Source: Pseudovirgaria hyperparasitica
Lineage: Eukaryota
Length of the DNA: 64,000 nt
Assembly: GCA_010093815.1 (NCBI GenBank)
Contig: ML996576.1
Strand: one strand, 5' to 3'
Part shown: one piece after another, positions 36,201-46,366 of the stretch
How the letters are laid out: each line of letters starts with the position of its first letter
Position numbering within the stretch: position 1 is the stretch's first letter
Position numbers and translations under genes: made by a program
The notes under the pieces: model-generated
Told to the model about the DNA's origin: nothing
What the model saw: only the letters and a program-made list of their open reading frames with translations
Databases searched by the model: none

Positions 36201-39200
36201 GAGCCTCCTTTTCAGAGCCCATCACTACCCCTTGCAGACAAGATGATGTCTGTCTGTTCCATCTCTCACGCCATGCTGTCTACTGCGATGACCGTTGGCT
36301 GTTACGGCCGCAACCTGTCCCTCCGCTTCGTCCCCTCTTCTAAACTAACTATTAACTATCTATCTATCCTACGTAGCCTGTGTTACTACTGCCTGCCTAC
36401 CTACCTGCCAGCTCTCTGTTCAACGAGCGTTGAGGGGGGCCTAACGGTGACATATTTCGGCGCGGCGGCGCGCCGACTAGCCATGTAGCTAGCCATTCCC
36501 CATCACAACCAACACTTCTCTCATCATAATTAGTAGGACAAAACAACACAGCATTCACACCGCAACCATGGAAGGGACGTTTTGTCATGATGCTGAGCGG
36601 ATTGCGTCTCTGTTTCGCGCGATGGCTGGCGATACGAACGGCGATTGCATGGCATGGTCTGGTCTATCTGAAACAGCTCTCTACCTAGGTACTCTGTCGT
36701 TTCCCCGCCCTCCCTTACTTGTCTCTCTACCAGTGGTTGAAGACCCATCGCCATGTCACGCAGCACAAGTCTAGCAACCAGAATGAGGCTTTTCATCATC
36801 ATCATCAGACATACCGAAGACCGGTACATCGACAGCGTCTGCCGGCGCTAGAAAAACCGGTGACCGTACAAGACCGCGTCCTGGATGCTTCTAACCGTTT
36901 GATATAGCTCTCTCTAATTACCAGGACTCAGGCTTAGAACAGGCAAACATGCATATGCACTGTCACCGCCCACTCCGTCCACCCTATCCACTATGTCCAA
37001 TGCTAGTTATCTATTGTCTGTAAACGGATAATTCGATGGTGTCGGCCCTAGATTCAAAGCCCTCTCCGCTCTAATTAGCTGTCCAGACTCCAGTCCCCCT
37101 ACATACCCACTTCTCGCCTCGATTCGACAAGACTGACAGCGACTGACATACGGAACACTGACCTGCTGATTCTACCCGACTGGCTCGGCCGGAGTAGAAA
37201 CAATGATACACCCATTGTCATCGTCATCACTATCATCATAGTCAATACATGCCCCTCCTCTCAATAGACCGCGACATAGTGTTCCCATACCCAACTAAAG
37301 TCACCTCACCTCACCTCACCACAGCACAGCACAGCCGCGATGACAATAACACAACAACGCGTCCGGTCCGCTACATACAGTACGCCTCTCACTCGCTCGC
37401 TCGTCCCTTGGTCGTTCGCGCGGACCGGGGCATGAAAGCTAGCTAGCTACATAGCTAGCTAGCCAACTTCTCGTGCATGTGTGTAGTGTGTGCCGCGACC
37501 GCGACCTAATCAATCAATCAATCATCATTGCTGATCTGCTATCCATCCTGCGAACTACTAACCACAACTTGCTAATTAACACATTGCTGGTAGCTTGCTA
37601 TGCTATGCTCTGCTCTGCTCTGCTATACTTTGGTACGGCACCTACACCGTTCGTTTCAGGACCGGGTAGAGGCTGTCAGATATCTATGGTGGGCGGCTGC
37701 TGAGATGTATGACGTCATGCGCGCAAGGCGGGGCGGGGGCAGGGATTGGGTCCACTTGTGTTTGTCGGGTACGCCGCTTGGCTGGCTGGATGGTGGGCTG
37801 GTTTGTCTGGCTGGGTGAGTTTTCTGGGTGCGATGTTGTGCGGCGTGGGCTGGTTTGGTGTTGTGGTGCGGGTGGTGCGGGTTGATTGTATGGGCTTTGG
37901 TGTCGTTGAAGACGTGGTTTGCGATACGGCGTGGGTGGGTTGAGGGTTTGGATGGAGTGGTGGTGGTGCTGCTGCTGCTCGTACTGGGGTTTATGTATAT
38001 GGTGTATGTAAATGGCGTATCTATAGGTAAATTCCTGCATGTGTATGTTGTATACAATGCTGTGTGTGTGTCCAGACGTGCGTAGATGAACCTCAACAGC
38101 GATAACATAGACGCATTGAAATGTCCATTGGAGACATGTATGTATTCACACATATAAACTCCTCACACGACCCATCAGTGCTCAGCATATCATCTAGCTA
38201 TACAACCCATCGCATCCCCTCCAACGTAATCAATTTATGCCTAACCATGCAAGACTTTATAACAAGTACGCAAACATATATACATTCCAAGCCCACTCTT
38301 CCAAACGTCGAAGTAGAGTATACAGTTATGCTGCTGTGTATATAAACATGAATATACGGATGAATGGATCGATGGAGTTGTTGGAATGGATGCAGTGCAT
38401 GGAATCATGGGGTTAATGGCGCAGACACAGACTAGAAATCATACAAAAACCTCACGTCTCCCTTATTTCTCATATACACAAACAAGCCCTGAGCTCACCA
38501 GCTTTTCACATTAGCAGAAATGGCATCCTTTCTAGATCTACCACTCACTTCTTAGGGGCAAGGGACAAAGGACAAAGAACAAACAAAGCACGTAGGTCCG
38601 TTCTGAGAAATGTACTGCCGGGATTGTAGGCCGATGTGTGCGTGTATGGATACGATGTCTTTGGTTTCGTATACATCCTGCGCTTGATATTGACGATTGA
38701 TGGTGCTGAGAAGGTTTCTGTTTTAGTGAGGCGTGGATTGTATCTTGGACGGTGTCTTGGACAGTGTTTCCATGATATGAAGGCGGACAAAGCCATCACT
38801 AGACCACGTAGCACATACTACCCAAAGACATTGAAAGAGCATCAACACACCATAACTACAACCGCGAGGCAAAGGCAATAACTACATACTCATCTGTCCT
38901 TGCAAACTTTCCCAGCGTGTAGTAGGTTAGTATCATAGAAGCACATATGAGCAGAAAGTGGTTCTTGCCCATAGACCATTCCGTTCGTCTTGCGTGGGTT
39001 GCGTTTGGGTCTGGTTGATTTAGATACCGAGTCTTGTGCTATACAGGGTGTACATGAACGGGTGAGGCAAGAGTGCGCTGCTGGTTTGTGTGTATCCGCT
39101 CACATGTCACACGTATATACTCATCAAGCTCTAGCCCAGCCTTACTTTCAGATCACACACGCATCAGCAAGAAGTCAGAGACTTAATATCGACATCACAC

Positions 39201-40028
39201 TTGAATCTCGCATCAAGTCCACACGATCGTGCCTCCACCGATTCACTTTCACAGTTCATTCTCCTCGTGACAAACATACACTTACCATGCATGAAATCTA
39301 ATCGACGAGTCTAGTTTACACAGATGGCTTAGGATATATGCGGCACTCAAGGCGGTGTATAGACGTGTTAGTGAGGATGAGAGCAATGTCAATGTTGGAC
39401 ATGAGAAGGGATATAAGGCACGGCGTGCGAGCGGGAGGTATGGTCTTGTGTAGATATTGTATAGAATAGAAGCTTCTCCTCGACGACATGTATGTATGAT
39501 GGAGTGGTGTTTGAGCAGTGATGGCACTTTGGAATCATTTCGCAACAGAGCCGACGGGGGGCGTGTATACGATGGTGTACACTTCAAGTATGGCGAGTTG
39601 GAAGATATGTATGATATATCTTGGGGCTGCGTCCGAACTGGCTGGTGAGTACAGACTGGCCGGGTAGTAAAATTACATCAACACTTTGTTTGCACGAGAA
39701 ATGGCAGTGGTAAGTAAGTTTTATAGCTGTAATTGCACTATGGAAGATCTGAGTGCAGGTTTACATATCTGCGCATTGCCTTCTCCAAGAGTTCCTCTGC
39801 ATACATCCGAGTCTCTATCCTTGGTGAAGTGGAATGGTAAGACTACGCTTTTATATAAAAGTATAATGAAGAAAGTAGTGCCTCGCGGCGTTGTGACTTC
39901 TAAAACAGAAAGTGTGATGCCAGGAACTGGATCATCGGCATCATGAAAAGCAGCGAAGCTAGATAGGTCGCATCTACATGATCGACAAGGTCTGCCGTTC
40001 AAGACATCGTTGTGTCGGCCCATGACCA

Positions 40029-41576
40029 CTAGCGGAAGTTCTGACCACAGTCAACTATCTGTTTGAACTGCATGCGCTGTTTGCCCATGAGGGACTGGCT
40101 CGAGACCCTCGCGGCGTTCTCGAGCAAGGTCGTCTTCAGACTGACCTGCACCTCAGGCTTAAGTATCTCCAACTCGCCGAGAATAGCACGGACTTGCGAC
40201 AGTAAGTACTGCGCCTCGGCACTGTCCTCGGAATCTGTGTATTTCACTTCGACATCCTGGAGACCAGGCATCTTGGCCATCATGTCCTTGGCCACGCGGA
40301 CGCGCTGCAGGAGGTTGAACTGCCAGATGGGCTCGCACAGTGACTCTCCACACGACTTGATGAACATGGTGTCCCAGGTGATGATGAGGCGGACTTTGCG
40401 AAGCTGCTCGACTGGGGAGAAGGGGGCGTCGCTGAGGGCTTGGATGACGTCGTCTTCGACGAAAGACTGGTGTGCGAAGGAACGCGTGACGTTGAACGTC
40501 AAAGTGCACAGACCGTAGTAATATCTCAATGCTTCGGCATAGATTTCGTGGTTGAGTTGCAGGATTGAAAGTGGTGGTGGCGTGTGGGAAAGCTGGACAA
40601 TAAGGGGGATGAACTGCCATTTGCGGTGGGCCACGGGTCGGATCGAAAGGTCTTGAGGTGGAGCTGTGGCAACATCTTCGTTTTCTTCGGAAGCTTCATT
40701 TTCTTCAGAAGCTTCGTTGTCGTTGTCGACCTCTTCGTCCTGCTCGGGCTGGACGTCCTCATTGATAGCTTCGATCTCGTTGGCAGTCTGGTTGTTGTTC
40801 GCTATTATATCGGACCATGTCATGTGAGGTTGTATATGACTTGGTACAGCAGCAGATGTAGTGCTGCTTTCTCCTGCGTCTTGATCCGATTCTGCCGCAG
40901 GATCTTCCTCCGGCATGTTGACATGCCACCCGCTGGGAATTCCGCCCGGTGGGTGATGACTCCACGGTGCGGCAAAATCGTGGACACTACCGACTCCAGC
41001 ATTGGCGTGGGGCTCGAAACCACCATAGAACGCATGCCCATACCCTATCGTGGGCGGGACTTGGTCATCGTCGCCATTATTGCCGGGCATGTCATCATAC
41101 CCAACGGTGGTGAGCACTTGGTCGTCGTCGTCATTGTAGCCGGGCATGTTATCATATTCACCGTTGGCGAGCATATGCAGATCGTCGTCATTGTAATCGG
41201 TCATCTCCTCGTCCCCCCCATCAGAGCTTTCATCTTCCGAGTTAACGTCATGGTCAGCCTGCACAGTACTGATCTGATCTCCACCTTGACCGTCCTGGTC
41301 CTCTATGGGTTGGTCTTCAGCGAGGGTCTCGGGCTGTGGACGACCGTTCGCATATTCACATGCAACCCAACCATTGGCAATCTGCTTTTCGCGATCCACC
41401 TTCTCGAACCATTCTCTCAGCTTTCGAGCAGGGCCGAACTCTGTTTGAGAGGCGAAGCCATAGATTTTATGGCGGAGCTCAATTGGCAGTGTGAGTAGGA
41501 GCGACTCTGGCGCGTTAACCTCGTCAGCAGTACTCAGGTTGACGTCTGACATGACTGCGTTCTCGGTGAGAGACAT
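40029..41576 (-). CDS. Hypothetical protein with an F-box-like N-terminal motif and a long acidic insertion
   Basis: Single long ORF with ESLLLTLPIELRHKIYGF (F-box-like LLxLPxELRxxIY), a D/E-rich middle, then LSILQLNHEIYAEALRYYYG typical of this ascomycete family. ATG at 41576. Confidence 0.8.
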   Translation of the reverse strand: MSLTENAVMSDVNLSTADEVNAPESLLLTLPIELRHKIYGFASQTEFGPARKLREWFEKVDREKQIANGWVACEYANGRPQPETLAEDQPIEDQDGQGGDQISTVQADHDVNSEDESSDGGDEEMTDYNDDDLHMLANGEYDNMPGYNDDDDQVLTTVGYDDMPGNNGDDDQVPPTIGYGHAFYGGFEPHANAGVGSVHDFAAPWSHHPPGGIPSGWHVNMPEEDPAAESDQDAGESSTTSAAVPSHIQPHMTWSDIIANNNQTANEIEAINEDVQPEQDEEVDNDNEASEENEASEENEDVATAPPQDLSIRPVAHRKWQFIPLIVQLSHTPPPLSILQLNHEIYAEALRYYYGLCTLTFNVTRSFAHQSFVEDDVIQALSDAPFSPVEQLRKVRLIITWDTMFIKSCGESLCEPIWQFNLLQRVRVAKDMMAKMPGLQDVEVKYTDSEDSAEAQYLLSQVRAILGELEILKPEVQVSLKTTLLENAARVSSQSLMGKQRMQFKQIVDCGQNFR

Positions 41577-42183
41577 GATTGACAAGAAATTCGTAGATGA
41601 ACTGATTCAGGAGATAAAGAGAGCTGTCTTGTAAGAGAGAGACAGCCAGGGTTGTAGTTGGAGTTGGTTGAGAGGGAGAGAGAGAAAGGTGAGGGGCGAA
41701 GTATTTATCAGAAATCGGCTGACCATAAGAAATAAAATAGGTGGCGGGGAACTAGCCTGCGAGACCTGAAGCAGACATTGTGTTGTGGAACTGAAAATAT
41801 GTGTTGAAGTGAATTGAAGGTTCCATGGTTTACAGCAGTCGGCCGGGGGTTGCCTAGATTACGCAGGCATCAAGGGGCATTTCACTTCACTGGAATGACT
41901 CCACCGCTACTTGACGATGGAACATAGTAAAACAGTTTATCGAGAGCCTGAATAGTGGCAGGAAAGGCTATACATGATGTTGTAGTCGTATCCAGGTAGG
42001 AGGTTGAGTTCGCGTACCAATGTTGAAACGTCCTGCGCTAAGGCCATAAGGCGACAATGACGAAGGATATAATGCCTGAGGCAGAAAGAGCACCGACCCC
42101 AAGTATTCCTAAACACCAAAACCGTGTCGCGTGCATCTCCATGATCCAAGCAGCATCAACAGCACATGCCATGTAATTGCTCA

Positions 42184-43603
42184 ATGTCGCTCTTCTTACA
42201 TTCTGCTCGTCCTCTTCGCGCTTCTTTCTTGGCGCGTCCTCCTGTGAACACCTCTCCAAAGACATGGCTTTCCAAGTTTGTGTCACCTTTCGGGACATCT
42301 TCAATTCTTGCATATGAACGCCTCCATTCTTCTCTACAAACGCAGAGACTGCTCAATCAAAATAAGATAGAACGATGGAGGCCGCAGTGTGTAGCCCTGG
42401 GCTCTCTGTGTATCAGGCATGCTGTGCATCCTAAACAACTCTTCCATGTTGTACTAACCTACTCGGCAGACGAGCATATGCGGCGAACCACGACAATAAT
42501 TCAGATACTCAAAAGGTAAATTGTGGCATATTCTGTCATCAGCACCTGAAACCCCTTTCTCTACATGTCTACAATCTTCACTGTTCTCTTCCATAAAGTC
42601 ACGTGCTGGACACAACGCATCAAACCCAATATCAAAACCTCTCGTCTGCTTTTCCTTTCAATGACACAACTACTCGAACACAAATTCCCATAAAGCTAAT
42701 GCATTCTAGCCCCATCCACCACCATCACCACCATCCAAAACCCCTATCACAAAAAAACTTGCCGCCCTCACCTCCCACGAACAGATATACAACGTCCCCA
42801 ACATCCTCACCTTCACCCGTCTCCTTGCCGCGCCCGCTTGCGGCTACCTAATCCTCACCTCTCAACCCCTGCCCGCTCTCTGTCTCTTCCTCTACGCCGG
42901 CATCACCGACCTCCTCGACGGCTACATCGCACGCAAGTACTCCCTCTCCACAGTCGTCGGCTCCGTCATCGACCCCATGGCCGACAAACTGCTCATGACC
43001 ATCGTCGTCACAACCCTGGCCATGAACGGCGGCATGCCAGCCGCGCTGGCAGTATGCATACTGGGCCGAGACGTGAGTCTGGCCGTAGCCGCGCTCTATT
43101 ATCGCGGCGCGAGTCTGCCCGCCCCCAAGACGATCGCGAGGTATTGGGATTTCAGTCTGCCGTCGGCGCAGGTCCATCCTACGACGCTGTCAAAGTATAA
43201 CACTTTTCTTCAGCTGCTGCTGATTGGCTGGCATATGGTCCTCCCGCTTATGCCTGCGCCGCCGGCGCTTCTTGCGCCGCTGCTGGGCTCGCTTGCGGGT
43301 GTGTTGCAGGGTGTGGGGATGGCTGGAGGGGGAGCGGGGAGCTGGGATGCGTTTACGAGGGTGTTTCAGGTTGGGGTTGCGGGGACGACGCTGTGGAGTG
43401 GGATGAGTTATGCGTTTTTGAAGGATGCGGTGACGATCTTGGGGACGGATGAGAGGTTGAAGGAGAGGCAGGGGAGGAGGGGCAGGGCGATTATTGGGGT
43501 CACCTACGCAGGCTTTATTGCTGTTGCCGGGTGGTTGGTCTTGAACGCGGAGGGGAATGGTGAAAGGGAGGAGGATCATAAGGAGGGAGCGGGAGAGATA
43601 TAA
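42184..43603 (+). CDS. CRD1: Cardiolipin synthase (CDP-alcohol phosphatidyltransferase), probably 3 exons
   Basis: Last exon from 42710: IYNVPNILTFTRL...AGITDLLDGYIARKY...VGSVIDPMADKLL (CDP-alcohol phosphotransferase motif), ILGRDV, PTTLSKYNTFLQL. Upstream MSLFLHSARPLRASFLARPP resembles a mitochondrial presequence. The 5' exon boundaries are uncertain. Confidence 0.88.
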
Positions 43604-43699
43604 GAAATAAAGTATGCGTGCAGGGAGAGAACCACGTCTTGTTGGCTCCATTATCTAAGTATAGTACAGGTATATTCAAGTCTCCTGTCGTACTGGAAG

Positions 43700-46027
43700 T
43701 TATATAGCTTCGTCGTCTGTATCGGGCCCAATCACCAATTCTCCGTAGTCTTCATCGTCACTGTCGCTGCTCTCAGCAGTGGTGGATACCACGGGCACAG
43801 CCGTGACACTAGAGACAGGGGCAACTACCGTGACCGGCTGGGACGGTAGAGTCTCGTTCTCGGTAACTGGTGCTTCATCAACAGGAACGGGAGGAGCCTC
43901 GACACGCGTTCGCTTGACCACAAACGACTGCTCAAGAGGTGTTGCCGCTGGCCGTTTTGCCGTTGTGGAATCGGTGACGTCCACCAGGCCGGGAGAAGGA
44001 TCTGAAGTCTTCGTCTCAGAAGTGGCATATGAATCCTCACTAACCATTGCTTGATCTGTCTTCTCATTGTTGTCGTCTCGTGCTTCCGAGCCTGTTTTCT
44101 CTCCATCCTCCACTTGTTCAGTTTCTTCCGGTTCTTCCTCGACCTCCATCTCATCACCATCATCGTCATACACTTCCTCGTCTTCAAGCAGATCCGTCCC
44201 GACGTAATGCCGTATGGCTGGCATTCGCGGTCTAAGCAGACCTTCAAGCGCGGGATCATCTGGACGCAGTCTAGCTGCTAGAGGCAGAAGACTAGCCGTC
44301 ACTTTCTTTTGCAAGGCTCGCGGGTTCAGTATAGAGGCTAGCAGAATATCCTTGTTGTCAAGGAGAACAGCGATGCGCTCGATCTCGGACCGTACTTTGA
44401 CTGGCATCAGACTTGTATGGATCGTGGAGAGATAGGCGGACAGAAGATTCGATGCAGCGGATTCAAGTCCAGGGAAGCTAGTCTGGGCAGTGCTGCTGTG
44501 ATTTGCTGCGCCGTTATTCTGCTTTGTGGTACTGTTTGTATGGCCTTTCTCGAGACCAGCTGTCGCGCTCGGCTTCTCTGCTTGCGGGAGAAGGTCGAGA
44601 CAGGCCGGTCTCACAATGGAGGAGAGCGATGTCACCGTTTGTTTGGTGAGTGAACGACCAGCGATGTCCAACAAGGCTGTAGTAGCCAAGTATGCAGCGC
44701 CCCGGATCAATGGCACGTCTTTCTCGGCATCGAAAATTCCAATGACCTCTTCGAGCGATACATGCGCAAATGGAAGACAGGCGCTTTTAAATCGAGCAAC
44801 CAATGAAAGGAGAACCTCCATCGCAGCTATATGAATGCCCGGCAGAAGAGTAAATAGTGCGTTGCGCTCATCTTTACCGATCTGGGGATTGTACTGAATA
44901 CCATCTCCCCAGTTTGCTGATCGACCGTATGGTACTGCAAGTGACAATATCCGACTAAGCAAGTCCGCCAATAGTCCGATTCGAAAGTCAACAGGAGCAG
45001 TCGTGTTTGTCGTGACAAAATGCCTCAACAAGCCCAGAAGTCCAACAAGCCGCTCACCGCCTGCATAGATGCCATGCCACGGGGGAGACTTGAGAAGGCC
45101 TCCTCCAGTCTCACGGATATCTTCGCTGAACGAAGCTACTGTGACTGAGTTTTGTCTTCCTGTTGTTGACTGCCATGCCTCAATGATAGATCGGAAGACA
45201 CGGTCTGCTACAGAATGCGCAGCCTTGATTGTGCTATCGTATGACTGGAACCACTCCTCCGGGCCCTTGTCCTTTGGTGCTGAGAAGTGCAACAGGACAA
45301 AAAGTCTTTGGGCAGCATCTACAGTCTCAGCATCGAGTGTTGGTACTAAGGCCTTCTTGGTAGGGCTAGTTGGAGCTATACACTGAGATAAAAGAAGGTT
45401 GATCTGGGTCAGAAACGGGCGGAAGATGGTAGGATGTCGCGGAAGAAGAGTGTTGAAAGCCTCGAGGACTGTAGCCAACAAAGCTCTCTGAGAGGATGTA
45501 TGTTGTTCTACCAATGACAGAGTCTTCGGAAAGACCAGGCTCATGCAGCTCGTGACAAAGGGTGTCAAAGACGGAGTGGTGACTTCTCGGACTAAAGTAG
45601 GATACTCCTTTGACAGATAGAAGATTCTCGTGAGCGTGATGATGGCGAGCTTCTTGGTAGTTGGCGGATCTGGCTTTGATAACGTCCCAAGCAAGTTCTG
45701 CACCCAAGGCTTGCATTTCTGCAGCACTTCCCATCCTCCCAGGGAGATAACGCACTTCACCAAAACAATAGCGGCCCATCTTCCCTGAATGGAACGGTCT
45801 TGGAGTAGGGTTGAGAGTTGAGTCCTCAGCCTGTTCAGCGCGACATCGGCCTCTGAGGCTTTCTTAGAGTTGGACTTGGTTTCAGACGATAGTAACTGTC
45901 GACACGATGCAAGTGACCCCGTCAGATATGGAATGCATTGCGGTAGCTGTTCCACTGGTGTGGAGTGAATTCGGAACGTGACTGCTTTGAGGATCGCCAA
46001 TTGCGAAGGACCTTCAGGAGTGGCCAT
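43700..46027 (-). CDS. RIX1: Pre-rRNA processing protein Rix1 (PELP1-like)
   Basis: Intronless ~775 aa ORF with STPVEQLP, GRWAAIVLVKCVISLGGWEVL, YPTLVREVTTPSL, LLPRHPTIFRPF, LLRPRMPAI and an acidic C-terminal tail. Confidence 0.88.
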   Translation of the reverse strand: MATPEGPSQLAILKAVTFRIHSTPVEQLPQCIPYLTGSLASCRQLLSSETKSNSKKASEADVALNRLRTQLSTLLQDRSIQGRWAAIVLVKCVISLGGWEVLQKCKPWVQNLLGTLSKPDPPTTKKLAIITLTRIFYLSKEYPTLVREVTTPSLTPFVTSCMSLVFPKTLSLVEQHTSSQRALLATVLEAFNTLLPRHPTIFRPFLTQINLLLSQCIAPTSPTKKALVPTLDAETVDAAQRLFVLLHFSAPKDKGPEEWFQSYDSTIKAAHSVADRVFRSIIEAWQSTTGRQNSVTVASFSEDIRETGGGLLKSPPWHGIYAGGERLVGLLGLLRHFVTTNTTAPVDFRIGLLADLLSRILSLAVPYGRSANWGDGIQYNPQIGKDERNALFTLLPGIHIAAMEVLLSLVARFKSACLPFAHVSLEEVIGIFDAEKDVPLIRGAAYLATTALLDIAGRSLTKQTVTSLSSIVRPACLDLLPQAEKPSATAGLEKGHTNSTTKQNNGAANHSSTAQTSFPGLESAASNLLSAYLSTIHTSLMPVKVRSEIERIAVLLDNKDILLASILNPRALQKKVTASLLPLAARLRPDDPALEGLLRPRMPAIRHYVGTDLLEDEEVYDDDGDEMEVEEEPEETEQVEDGEKTGSEARDDNNEKTDQAMVSEDSYATSETKTSDPSPGLVDVTDSTTAKRPAATPLEQSFVVKRTRVEAPPVPVDEAPVTENETLPSQPVTVVAPVSSVTAVPVVSTTAESSDSDDEDYGELVIGPDTDDEAI

Positions 46028-46366
46028 GAGTCTAGATATAACCTCCACGCTGCTTTCAACCCGCTGAAACTCTTCACTGGTGTTGGATGGTTGATATTAT
46101 GCTGCATGTGAAGTCCTTAAGGCCGAGATGATATTTTTTTTCTTTGAGGGACTCAGCGCTAGGGTGCTAGGGTCGCTGTTCGGCCCGTTCATTCAATGGG
46201 ATCGCCAGGTTACGTCTCGTTGTCAAGGATTCATTATCCTTGACGTTACCTGTGTGTCTACAGCTTCTGTATACTATACTCCTGAACATGTCAGATTAAG
46301 TCTCCAAAGCTGCTTGCAGCTGAACTTGAGCCGAACTTTTTCACAACGCCGGCCTTCTGTGTCACC

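Noticed and set aside
27500..40000. Numerous 60-190 aa ORFs in the upstream desert
   Set aside because: Low-complexity or microsatellite-derived, mutually overlapping, often non-ATG starts, no family motifs.
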